DNA of 47,253 bases from Eremomyces bilateralis CBS 781.70 (GCA_010015585.1 ML975161.1); one strand, 5' to 3'. Positions 1 to 10,565 are shown, numbered from the stretch's first letter. A program made the numbers and translations. Notes: generated by a model from the letters alone, not told the origin.

Positions 1-500
1 GCTTGTCCCCTTTTTCAGCTTTCACGATCTCCCTTATTTCGTACGCTACAACATCCGCTCAAATTGCTCCTTCCAGGTCGGAGGAAGCGAGAGCAGAGAT
101 CTTCTTCACCTGTCGCGCCTTTCCTAATTGCCAGTTGCATTCCATGGGCTCACTACCTGTGCCCTTCAGCTTGCGCAGAACTGCGCTCGATTTGTAGTGG
201 TTGAGGTACTGACTGTCCGTGCTCAGCCCAAATTTCATGCAACCCTTTCAAAACGAGCCTCTTTCTGCTCGTCTGAACTCGCATTCCTTTCTCCACACTC
301 TGTTGCAGCATCGTCTACTCGAGCTCATTGTTATGCAGAGGTTGTATAAGAGTCCCCCCGCCCCCAAAGCAGATTTATTAGACAAATTCGATCCTCATTC
401 ACCCTGACTACAAGTCTCGTGACTCTCATGCTGTTGTGTGGCCGTACTAGGGCTCCTGGAGCTATGACCACCCTCCAAACCTTTGCGCCCTTTTCTCATC

Positions 501-792
501 ACTCTACTGGATAGTCCTCACGATACACCGGTTCAACCGAACTTTGTGATGGAGCGATCCCTTTCCAATCCTCATGATAGGACCTCCCGTGGTTTCTCTC
601 TGATTTCTTGTGACTCATTCCCTTACCGCAAACTCTACTGGATAGTCCTCCACGGTAGACTGGTTCGATCTCTCAGCTCGTGTATTCTCCTATCTCGCAA
701 TCGAGCACGGCCACCCTTTTGCAGAATTTGCCGGCCAGTCCTCCATGATAGTATGGTTCAACCTCACTGTGTGATGAAGTTATTCCTTTTCC
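501..792. repeat. Degenerate direct repeats (three copies, about 105-130 bp apart)
   Basis: The exact 19-mer ACTCTACTGGATAGTCCTC occurs at 501-519 and 632-650. A third related copy AGTCCTCCATGATAGTATGGTTCAACC lies at 737-763, and its continuation resembles the sequence after copy 1. Confidence 0.6.
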
Positions 793-944
793 AGCCCCCA
801 AGATCGGAGTGATCCGTGGATCTCGTGTGATGCCAGAGCCCGACTGTCGAGGGTCAGCTCCCCCCTCGAACGTAAATACCAGTTCGTCCCCCGTTTCTTT
901 CTTGACTTTCTTTCTTTTCCTTCATAGGCAACCGACTGAGCCTT

Positions 945-1310
945 CGACCGCCGACCGCAAAGCCGCTATTCACCACCCCAGTGCCACGACAAAGCCGCCA
1001 CCGACGGCGCCCGACCGCAAAGACACGATCAACCGTGCATCCGACGCCGCAAAGACGCGATCAACTGTGCATCCCACGAAGCCACTCCCGAGAGCGCATC
1101 GACAAAGCCGCCATCAACGGCGCCCGACCGCAACCCTCGCCCGAGAGCACCGCCCTGGACCTCATCGTCTCTCGGTACGTAGCCTTCACTACTTGATGAC
1201 AACCAACATCTCAGTAGACCGTCACCGCCCGTAGGCCGCTATCAACAGAGCCTTCATCGACCGGAAAAGCCGCGATCAACCGCGCCACGACCGAAAACCG
1301 TCACCGACGA
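945..1310. repeat. C/A-rich degenerate minisatellite
   Basis: CCGACCGCAA recurs at about 951, 1011 and 1124, together with AAAGAC(A/G)CGATCAAC(C/T)GTGCATCC twice and several AAAGCCGC units. Confidence 0.6.
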
Positions 1311-1544
1311 GGCGCTATGAGGGCGTGAGCCGCTTCGCTTCATGTAGAGCGCTGCCCGAAAGCCGTCAACCGACGAGGCACCAGAGGGCCCGGCAAACCT
1401 CTTTAAACACCGCGGGTGACGAATGGACTCTGCACCTCCACGTGGTGTCACCTGGTAACTCAGTGAGCGCAAGCTTGCTGAGGCCAACGCAGAGACGACC
1501 CCCTTTACCTGTGAGTTGTTCCCAGTCTTCAGTTCTCACCTCGT

Positions 1545-2050
1545 CTCGCCATGTCGTTACAGTCTTGCCATGTCATCGCCCTCCTGCCATGTCGTCGTCC
1601 TCTTGCCACGCTGTCCTCCTCTTGCCACGCTGTCCTCCTCTTGCCACGCTGTCCTCCTCTTACCATGTCGTTGTCTTGCCATGTCGTCGTCTTATCATGT
1701 CGCCGTCTTATCATGTCGCCGTCTTGCCATGTCGTGCCATGTTGTGCTATGTCGTCGCCTTCCTATCATGCCATCGTTGTCTTGCCATGTTGTCGTCCGT
1801 GGCTTGTCGTGTCATGTCGTTGTAGTCTTTCCATGTCATAGTTGTCTTGCTATCATCATTGTCTTGCCATGTCGTTGTAGTCGCGCCATGCCGCTGTCTT
1901 GCCATGACCTCGTTGTCTAGCCATGTTGTCGTGTCGGTATGTTGTCGTGTCGGTATGTTCTCGTGTCAGTATGTTCTCGTGTCAGTATGCTGTCGTGTGG
2001 GTATATTCGTGTTAGTATGTTGTCGTGTGTCGGTATTTTGTCGTGTTAGG
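1545..2050. repeat. Low-complexity tandem repeat region (TTGCCATGTCGTC-like units)
   Basis: Three perfect copies of CTTGCCACGCTGTCCTCCT at 1602-1658 and two of GTCTTATCATGTCGCC at 1689-1720. The region grades into (GTCGTGTCGGTATGTT)-like units at about 1928-2050. Confidence 0.85.
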
Positions 2051-2316
2051 TTACCCTGTCCCCTAGTTGTCATACCAATCCATTGCTTCCTCCATATCAG
2101 TCTGTTCCTGTTGTTGGCCTAGTCAGTTACATGGCCCCTCCCACTCCATGTCTCTTCATCTGATTGTGACCATGTTCATGTCTTTTTCAGCTCTATCAGG
2201 ACCTTGTCGCTGTCAGATGTCTCCAGCATTCCTTTTCCACTTATCATCATTCCATGAGAATGTCATTGTGGTCTCTTGCGATCTCGTTTTGCCATGTTGG
2301 CAGCTTGATGTGCCTT

Positions 2317-2730
2317 TTAGTTCACGATCTCAGCATTGCGGTCTGCTGGAACCAGTGGATGTTGCTTGTGACGTCCGTTGAAGTATTCCGGGACATAATA
2401 CCGTTCGATGGTGTATTTGGTACGGAGAAAATTAGCATATGTGAGGATCATCCCCCCAATCCTCTCGACTGAAAAGATATCCTCCTGATTCCTAGACATA
2501 CTCAGGAACCATTTTTTCGCTCTCTGCTATTCCTCGCCAGAGGCTTCATCCATGCATGTCCGTGACTCTTGTGCAATCCTATCTCAAGCAGCGCCAAAGT
2601 CTCGTAGAGAAATTCTATGTGCCCACGTGCTATGCGATATCTCGAGGGAAGCCGTTTTCGCAAACGTGTGGTCGATTCGCGCTGATGAAACTTGAAGCAT
2701 CAATCGGGTGGCTCGATAGAGGCTTTGAGG
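2317..2730 (-). pseudogene. Possible degraded gene relic of unknown family
   Basis: One minus-strand frame reads protein-like (QSLYRATRLMLQVSSARIDHTFAK...WAHRISLRDFGAA*DRIAQESRTCMDEASGEE*QRAKKWFLSMSRNQEDIF...) with single TGA and TAG stops that could derive from TGG. I could not recognise the family. Confidence 0.25.
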
Positions 2731-3509
2731 GACGATTTATCTACAAGCTGCTATGGCCGGGTATCGTGCTGTTGGAGAGAACTGTAACCGAAGGGTACGA
2801 TCGATGTCAGCTGGTATTGACCGAGCCTCGACGGACTATTGAGCAGAAAAAAAGTATAGACGTGCAGATTCGATAGTTACTATAAACTAAAAAGTGAGTA
2901 GCGACTAGATCGCGTCGAGGCCATACCATTTGTCCCCGAGAGTTAGCGGGAAGGAGAGGCGGAGACAAAAGCTCAGAACCCATCAACCAGGTGCCGAAAT
3001 CCGGGGGAGCGGAGGTATTGATCTAATATTTCAAGTCGAGTCGACTTAAATCCAGTAATACGGGTACAGTCTCTGGATGCGAAGATCATTCCTAGTTACT
3101 CTCTCCATTTCAGTCTTCATGCCTTCCTACTTCAGAAAAAGTCCCGTTGCCATTTCTCTAGGCTGATACCGTCACCTTGAAGGGCGCACATAACAAGATT
3201 TTATGCAAGCGACAATTGTTGTGATGGATAATGTCTCTGGATAATGTCTCTGGAGAATGGCGATAATTGAAGCGGGACAGATCATCGCGCAAGCTCAAGG
3301 TGAATTGTCATGATTAAGGATTCTCATTATTATTTGTAGCTAGATTTGGGGGAGAAATGACCGAAAATATAATAAATCTACCTCAACTCTGAAGGAAAAT
3401 ATTCTTGTTGCGCATTACCAGGGCGCAAAATAATACTAAGGGAATATTTGATATGTTGACTGAAGTCGCTATTATTGCAGAACATGCGATTTGGAACCGG
3501 CAGACCTAT

Positions 3510-4379
3510 TCACTCCGGGCGGTGGCCTGATAACTGCCAATATGATGGCGCAGTGAACGTGAACTGCGAATGCGAAAGCTGCCGTCTTTCCGGCCGAGCG
3601 TCGGTAGAAAAGGTAGGAATATTCTTATATTTTAGCTCGCTGCACCCTACCATCGCTTCGGATCCGGAGTTTCTTTGGCATTTTTCTTCGTCCTGAGGCG
3701 ACCTTGAACTCGGGGGAGTTGGTTTCGGAAGAGAGTCCTCGAATTCTGGTAGGGGAGACGGCCTGTTTGAACTGCGGAAGCTTGCCGTTTTCTGATCCGG
3801 GGATATTTGGCCCAACTCGCTGTGCAGCGGCGCTCCAATCTGACCTTGAGTCCGAAGGTGTCCCGTTGAGTAATGTCGTCGACTGTTCATCGGGGCCCCA
3901 TGGCCCCCCACGGATGAGAGGTATAATTTTGGATCTGATGACGGGATCTTGGTCAATGTACTCAGGTCTTCCATGGTCACTGCCATGGCTCTCAGAGCTG
4001 AGTCTGACGAGGCATTGCGTAGCACGGAGTCTTGAGGAGGAGGGTGACGATGCTCGGCCACTTGGCATTGGGAGAGGCAATAGATAGGTTTCGTCGCATT
4101 CGGCGGCGACGTCACTCGCCAGTCGTTGCGGATATTGTTTTGATTTTGGTCTGCCTGTGGTGGACATTTGGATCCGAAAATCTTTGCCGGAGATGTTGAC
4201 GCCCGGGTGCTCACGACTGAATCTTGTAGGGCTCGATTTCTGCGTATGACTGAGGGCGTCTGATAATGACCTTGGGCCTTTGAGCAAACATTCCTTGTCA
4301 TTCCTCGCACAACAAGAAAGGTTGGTTGAGAATACGGACAGGACTTACGGGGGTAAACGACAGTAAAGGAATGGATCAC
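3510..4379 (-). CDS. Ser/Pro-rich ORF, possibly a spliced 3' extension of the BTB gene
   Basis: A 289-codon open frame with no recognisable domain that abuts the BTB stop. A GTAGGT donor just before the BTB stop and a phase-compatible but weak GAG acceptor near 4307 could join the two. Confidence 0.3.
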   Translation of the reverse strand: MIHSFTVVYPRKSCPYSQPTFLVVRGMTRNVCSKAQGHYQTPSVIRRNRALQDSVVSTRASTSPAKIFGSKCPPQADQNQNNIRNDWRVTSPPNATKPIYCLSQCQVAEHRHPPPQDSVLRNASSDSALRAMAVTMEDLSTLTKIPSSDPKLYLSSVGGHGAPMNSRRHYSTGHLRTQGQIGAPLHSELGQISPDQKTASFRSSNRPSPLPEFEDSLPKPTPPSSRSPQDEEKCQRNSGSEAMVGCSELKYKNIPTFSTDARPERRQLSHSQFTFTAPSYWQLSGHRPE

Positions 4380-5200
4380 CTACCCATTCTGCCCTTGCTT
4401 TTCCTTCTTGCTAGGCAAGCTTCACCTTCGGCATGGCCATGGTACTCACAGGCTTTCCTGGGTTCCGTAGGGTCATCGAAGAGCATCGCACCGCTACCAT
4501 CTCTGATCGCGTTCACAAGAGCTACGGCAAAGCCTAGCCCGTCTTCGCCCTCAAAGCAGCGTTGATATGATTGAGCATTTTCGACAGTCTCAGGGGCCAT
4601 AATCTGACGAGCGGCAATTTTAATCATCAACTTCCGAAAGGGATCCATTTCTTCTAAAATATTGGCCAATGTTCCTAGCCTCTCTGGGGTGCCTTTATTC
4701 GTCTCTTTACTTCTAGGCGAACGTCCATATAGGGTGCACAGCTCTTCAGCATCGGGGACAAGCCCGCTCAGGTTCAAGCTTTGCCGGTAGCTATCCATGG
4801 CTAAATCCATCATCAGCGGCATTTCAAAATGGTAGCAAAGAAGATATAGGCCATGACATGCGACAGCGTGCTCATATTGTGCCAACGGATCCGGCAAAAC
4901 GGTGGGGGAATCCAGGTTTCCTTGATAGAGACATTTGACCAGGAGGACAAATCCGGCAGCGGAGTGCTGTGGAAGCTCGAGTCTCAAAGGACTTTGCGCT
5001 GCCGCTTCGCCACAATCACCTTTGGTCGGCGCTTCACCACGACGGCCATGTTCAGTGACGCTAAGTTCATGCGCGAACCAGGAGCTGTGATAGCACAAAA
5101 GCTTCAGGTGGACACTCCAGTATCCGCGGTTCGTACCAATGTAGAAGTCGACCAATGGTCCAGACAGCAACCTGGCGTTGAACTTAGCCTTCGCTGGCAC
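4376..5200 (-). CDS. Fungal BTB/POZ domain protein
   Basis: Typical fungal BTB motifs: LLSGPLVDFYIG..WSVHLKLLCYHSSWF, LELPQHSAAGFVLLVKCLYQG, LYLLCYHFEM..LMDLAMD and a C-terminal C-x-Y-H-x-H. The start is uncertain because the frame opens at GTG 5200. Confidence 0.85.
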   Translation of the reverse strand: MPAKAKFNARLLSGPLVDFYIGTNRGYWSVHLKLLCYHSSWFAHELSVTEHGRRGEAPTKGDCGEAAAQSPLRLELPQHSAAGFVLLVKCLYQGNLDSPTVLPDPLAQYEHAVACHGLYLLCYHFEMPLMMDLAMDSYRQSLNLSGLVPDAEELCTLYGRSPRSKETNKGTPERLGTLANILEEMDPFRKLMIKIAARQIMAPETVENAQSYQRCFEGEDGLGFAVALVNAIRDGSGAMLFDDPTEPRKACEYHGHAEGEACLARRKSKGRMGR

Positions 5201-6355
5201 AGGAAGTGGATGAAAAGCGAGAAGGTTAGTTAGAGGGAGGAGTGAAAGAGCACGGCGTTGCGGTGTAATGAATAATGATGCTGTCTTCGCCGGAACTGTA
5301 TGCTATCTGGGCGCATTTTGTGTGTCGGACCTGATGGGTCTTGACGTCTTGTTTATGATGCGCAAAGGGGCAGCCACTCAACTCAGTCTCCGCTTGATGA
5401 GGCACGCCATGGGACAGGACAAAACTAGAACTTTACATACTCAGCGAACGAAGCCGCACTCTGTTCACCCATGTTTCCGTAATCGCTAGCCATACGGACC
5501 AAGGCAGGGCGGGTGTTTGGGTAGGCGAAGTCGCGGAAATACACCGGGACTACGCCACCTCCGTTTCGACGACGCATGGGTGGACAGAGCTAAAGTTCAG
5601 TACCAGATACTGGTATCATTCCGCCTTCCGGAGACCGCAAAGGAAAAAGTCATCTTTTGAGCAAATTATTGGTAAGAAGAACTAGACGTAAGACGACATT
5701 GAATAACTTGGTTGCGAAGATGGAAGTTTTGAATGGAATCACGGAAACTTGTTTTCTGTCGGCGGAGAGGTAATATGCACCACCCTGATAAGTAGCAAAT
5801 GAGAGTTTGGGGGGTGTTGAGCGGAGCGGAGCTGGTGAGTCGTGGTTCGAGTTCTGATGATCGAGTGATCTTTCAAAATCACTTGCAGTACGAGAGGAAA
5901 ATGGTAAAAAATTAGGTGCGCTGAAACTATTGGATAATAAAATACGCTAGCCCATAATACGTAAAATTCAATGGCAATGGCAAATTTAACTGGCTAGAAA
6001 TGCCCTGGATGAAACGCTAATTTTTGTACTAAGACATACCTCTACCCCCAAGTGACCTGAAACACAGGGCGCCAGGTTGGACTTACCTCCTTATCCAGCC
6101 AGTGCGCTCCAGTCATGTGACTGCTGATATTTGTATCTCTATGCCTTGGTGCCTGATATTCAGATCAGGACCCACAATCTGTCACGGTGTCTGCTGTCCA
6201 TATCATCCATCTCGCGGCCAAGCAAGTGTTCGACCAGCATATTTCCTCCATCTTCTTAGCGTTGCTCAGAACCGGCGAATGCTTCGTGAATACTTCCTGA
6301 ACCTCCTACGCAAATCCTCCGACTCAGTCTCGAAGAACGCCCCCGAGCGACAATC

Positions 6356-7040
6356 ATGCCATCCCCATCCATCACCGCAGTGACCTCCCTCTCCCAATTC
6401 CAGACCATCCTTTCCGGATCGACCTATGTCGTAGCCGACTTCTTCGCAACCTGGTGCGGGCCCTGTAAAGTGATTGCTCCTGTCTTCGAGCAACTCGCCA
6501 CGCAAGAGGGGAAGAAGGGGAATCTTGCGTTCGTCAAGGTGGACGTTGACCAGTGTCAGGAGATTGCTCAGAAATATGGCGTGTCAGCGTGAGTTCGACC
6601 TGTCCTTAGAAAGTATCCATACAGTCTAGGACCAAATGGCTGACTCGATACCCCTTCGGTCGCCCAGAATGCCCACCTTCCTAGTATTTCGAAACTCCAC
6701 GGTGACGCAGACTATTCGAGGCGCCGACGCCGCTGCTCTGCGTGCAGCTGTTCGCGCAGCGGCGCAGAGTGCAGGAAAGGCTTCGGGAGCTGCTTTCACA
6801 TCGAAAGGACACGTCCTCGGGTCCGGCTCGACTACACGACCTGCCACCCGATCTAGTATCGGTGGTTCCTTGACTGGGTTACTTCCCGGCGGCGGGCTGA
6901 TAGATACCGTGGTGAGGTTCGTGGCCTTATATGTCACGAGCTTATTTTCTTTCGATTCATATCGAGCGGCAGAACTGAGCCCTTTTGCACTCCGATCGGA
7001 GGGCGGACGTTCAGTGAACACATTGTACGGGAGGCGGTAG
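6356..7040 (+). CDS. Thioredoxin-domain protein with a C-terminal hydrophobic tail (about 201 aa)
   Basis: DFFATWCGPCK active site. Exons 6356-6588 and 6668-7040 (intron GTGAGT...CTGAC...CCCAG) give KYGVSAMPTFLVF with the cis-Pro motif. The tail contains FVALYVTSLFSFD. Confidence 0.93.
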
Positions 7041-7481
7041 GAGATTGACGGACGAGTTTAGCTGATGACATGGGATTTTTTATTTGTATGTTTATATTGA
7101 GCGCCCCCCTTTACAGCGGAGCATGATGGACGGGCGCATGGGATAGTTCGTTCGCTCAGGAGATGTGTGCTATGGATGATTATACCCGGCGTTTGCGATT
7201 GGCGAGGTGGTATTCAAGTACGTTGGACATTGCAGAAACATTGAGACAACATCAACTTTACCAGCCCAATGGGTCGACGTTGTTCCGGTATAGACCAGTG
7301 TCGAAACGTTGCGAAGTCATTTATTCTAAGTGCATAGCATGTACCGTTGGTAAATTTCACGGTGCAATCAGCCAATAGCTCCTCAATATGAAGGGATGGG
7401 GTGAGACTATCCAAAGATACGGATCAAACTAGACAAATTATACATTACTTTGCCGATCGACGAGCAGCCGAACGACGGTGC

Positions 7482-9260
7482 TCAGTAGAACCACCTGAAT
7501 TCGGGATTGTCTGGTCCATCTCGGAGCCGCTCCGTTGGAATGTCCCGGACACGGATTATCTTCCCTGCCGCACGATTCCTCCTCTTATTGTCGAACATCA
7601 TCCAGAGACCCAGCAACGTCGTTAACAGCGCTCCGGTTGCGCCGAACGCCGCCGTCGTCGCCAAAGCGGGGAGATACTTGGGCGCGTCCTGGTTGCGGAA
7701 GATGTTGGACGCCACGACGCCCATCAGGTTCGCGGTGGGCACGCTGATGGAGGTCAGGATCACGCGCTTTCCCTCGTGCGCGATGTTGTTGTTATACCAC
7801 ACGTCGAGAAGAACGGAGGGAGCCGATGTCCCCCACGTCATCATAAATGTAGCGAAGTAGGCGACCTGAAGCTGGTTCTCGGCATCAATGGCAACATATA
7901 TCATGAAGCCGATAAAGGTGAAAACTGCGGCGTCGTCAGCTTTTGTTGTCGCATCTAGTAAGTAGAGAACTTACGGAAGCCTGCGGTGATGAAAGGCCAT
8001 CGCCACCGTGTAGCGTCGCTCATAAACGCCAAAATGAGAAGCACGACTGCCCCTGAAACATTTGGTGCGACGGTATAGAGGTTGGTCTTCACAGTATCAT
8101 ACTTGAGCCGGGCAATGATCTGGGGCAAGAAGAGCTGAACTCCTTGAAGCGGAACCCCCAGACAGATCTGAATGGCAATGATGGCCCAACTGGTCCAGTG
8201 CTTGAAGATCGCGAAGCTCTCCTTAAGCTTGAACTTCTCATTGACCGTACTGGACGAATCGATCTGCATCCGGTGGAATGCCAGCTGCTTCTCGGACGCT
8301 GACAAGAACGTGGCGTCCACGCCTGATTGCGGGAGATACCAGTACGCAAAAAATGAGAACAGAACCGTGCAGGTCCCTTCCAGGAGGAATAGGTATCGCC
8401 ATGGCGTCAAGGCCCCTCCCTTGATTTGGAAGACGCCGAATGCGAGAAGACCCCCGAACGCGGACGCAATGCTTTGAGCTACTATTCATCAGCCTTCGTT
8501 ATGTCAAAATTTCATGGGACACGTACCGGCGTAGAAGATCGCAAGGCGGCGAGCTAATTCGCCTCGTCGGTAGAACCTAAACAAGCTGTGTTAGTACGAA
8601 TCGACAAGGACGTGCAAAAGCACTTGGGTATGGAAAAGGCACTATCAGAGAAGAGTAGGGACTTGACTGGAAAGCGAACTTACGTGGTTAGATAGTAAAT
8701 CACCAGTGGAAAGAATGCGCTTTCCGCCATGCCGAGAAACCATCGAAGGGCCATCAAGCCCCCGAAGTTTTGAACCGCTGCAACAAGGAGGGTGATGGTC
8801 CCGAAACAGAACATCATGATCGGCAAAACACGGTGCGGGCCGTACTTCAGTTCAGTCAGCAGAATGATTCGCGAAAGATGAATCTTCATTGCTCGGATCC
8901 ACACACCTTCTTTCCCATGATACCGAGCACCGGTGCCGTCAGGACATAGGGGATGAAAAATATGCTCAGGATGAGATTATATTGTCCATCTTTCAGGTGA
9001 AGGGTTTTCTCCAGTCCTGCGGTCTTTGCGTTCCCCAGATTCGATTTGTCCAAACTGTTGAATAGATACATCACTGCAAGGACGGGTAAAATCCTGAGAT
9101 CGAACTTCCACACCAGGCGGCGCTCCTGGACAGGGTCCATGATGACCTCCGTCTCGCCATCTTCACCACCGACAGTCTTGAGTCCAGAAGCATCGATGGA
9201 AAGCTCCTTGGAAAGACTGCTGACCGGCGCATCGCCCGAGGACTTGTGTTCGACGGACAT
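7482..9260 (-). CDS. MFS transporter, allantoate/nicotinate permease (Dal5/Tna1, ACS) family (about 503 aa)
   Basis: Exons 9260-8907, 8844-8684, 8576-8527, 8478-7975 and 7924-7482 keep frame with GT-AG introns. Motifs: ERRLVWKFDLRILP, LDKSNLGNAK, LRWFLGMAES, FYRRGELARR, WRYLFLLEG, DAPKY and the C-terminal DNPEFRWFY. Confidence 0.93.
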
Positions 9261-9428
9261 GGTGATCGGAGAAAGTGTAACGATTCCAGACTCGCAAACA
9301 AAGAAACTGGGAGAAGGTCCGACTTTATGAGTTTCGGATTACTAGAAGACCAGTAACTAGAATGTATCCACCTCGACGAAAGACGGCTGACAACTGGGTT
9401 TGCTGGAGCTAGGCTGCTAAGAGTCATG

Positions 9429-9924
9429 CGATAATCGTGAACCCGTATATGGCACTTGCATTGATGCGATGCCAGATGGTTGGCATACTTAGTCTTTCGT
9501 CTATTCCACGTGGAAATTTGGTAGATATCAACGACCATCGAGATCTAGTTGCGGGGGAATCCACGTATTGCGAGACAATCGCTTATCGTTTGTGTCCTAG
9601 TAGCCGTTCAATACTACGTACTGAGTAGAAGTGCTTACCTGACAGGGAGTATTCGTGATATTAGAGTCTCGAAACTCGCGAGAAGCCTTCGCCGATTCGA
9701 GCCCAGCGCTATCAAAGTGTAGGGCGTGGGTAATAGATAAAGATAATGATAACTCACTAGCCATATCATCTGGGGCGATATCAGAGAGCTTTGCCTACCA
9801 TGGTATGGCGTGTCTGCCGGATCCAACACTAGAACACGACAATACGGTAATACGAAGAAATCTTGTGCCAATCCGGAATTGATCGGCCATAGTATTCCGC
9901 AATACCGATAACAGGAGTTGATAA
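9429..9924. promoter_or_regulatory. Cluster of GATA sites (AreA/NIT2-type) upstream of the MFS permease
   Basis: AGATAA-AGATAA-TGATAA in tandem at 9735-9752, plus CGATAA 9429, TTATCG 9583, CGATAA 9906 and TGATAA 9919. Confidence 0.6.
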
Positions 9925-10022
9925 CATTGCCAGCAGATGAACACTACTATAGTAAGCAGAGGATCCGATGCCGCAGAAGACTAGAATTGGGAAGCCGCAC
10001 GTCGAACGAACGGAGTCTGAGT

Positions 10023-10256
10023 GGGGACGAAATTGAGTTACCTTTCTTGGCATTCACCTAAACTCAGTTCCCACGATCTTAACCAGAACGCAGCGGAGAA
10101 TTCACCAAAACAGACCTCTAGTAGTTGCTTAGTTAGGAAAAGAGTATACTTTTTGGTATTATGCTGTTTTTGAGCGAATTGGGCCTGCCTATGACAGTGA
10201 TAGTGGTAGTGATGGTTAGGAGAATGCCAAGAAACGTAACTCAATTTCGTTCCCCC
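10023..10256. other. Long imperfect inverted repeat / foldback (candidate milRNA precursor or MITE)
   Basis: 10027-10061 (ACGAAATTGAGTTACCTTTCTTGGCATTCACCTAA) pairs with 10216-10250 at 33/35 positions. It is closed by GGGG/CCCC and has inner stems 10071-10078/10199-10206 and 10099-10113/10164-10180. Confidence 0.8.
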
Positions 10257-10279
10257 GAAGGAGGAACGTGGAATCAGAA

Positions 10280-10343
10280 GTAAGGCTGTAAGGCTGTAAG
10301 GCTGTAAGGCAATACTAATATGGCGGCAAGGCCATAAGGCAGC
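10280..10343. repeat. (GTAAGGCT)n tandem repeat and further AAGGC motifs in the CTF18 promoter
   Basis: GTAAGGCT three times plus GTAAGGC at 10280-10310, then CAAGGCCATAAGGCA at about 10327-10341. Confidence 0.8.
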
Positions 10344-10347
10344 AAGA

Positions 10348-10406
10348 ACGCGTTCGCGACATGGAGGTTTGACGCGTGACGCGATTGGATCCGCCAGTTG
10401 ACGCGT
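10348..10406. promoter_or_regulatory. MCB (MluI cell-cycle box) cluster upstream of CTF18
   Basis: ACGCGT at 10348, 10372 and 10401 and ACGCGA at 10379, 160-220 bp upstream of the CTF18 ATG. Fungal replication genes are classically MBF/MCB regulated. Confidence 0.75.
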
Positions 10407-10565
10407 TTAACGACGTTCTCCTCCGTCCATGCAACAGAAATACAGAATGATCGAACCCCGATAGAGAATCGTTAACTCGTCCACCATCATGATTGTCTGA
10501 TCGATCCCTAAATACCCCTATGATTCACCTCTGCAGTTCGGCTTGTTCCTGACAAGCAACGAGCA

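Noticed and set aside
809..2381. Multiple Cys/Val/Ser-rich ORFs
   Set aside because: They are translations of minisatellite DNA that is open in several frames at once.
5835..5860. GGTTCGAG resembling a tRNA T-loop / B box (also at about 662 and 15647)
   Set aside because: No complementary T-stem, acceptor stem or cloverleaf can be built around it.
7482..9260. MFS permease as the missing nitrate transporter
   Set aside because: Its motifs are Dal5/Tna1-type, it lacks the NNP nitrate signature (AGxGNxGGG), and it is 10 kb from niaD.
9071..9538. 155-aa ORF overlapping the MFS start as a regulatory uORF
   Set aside because: The transcription start is unknown, the ATG may lie upstream of it, and the peptide has no features.
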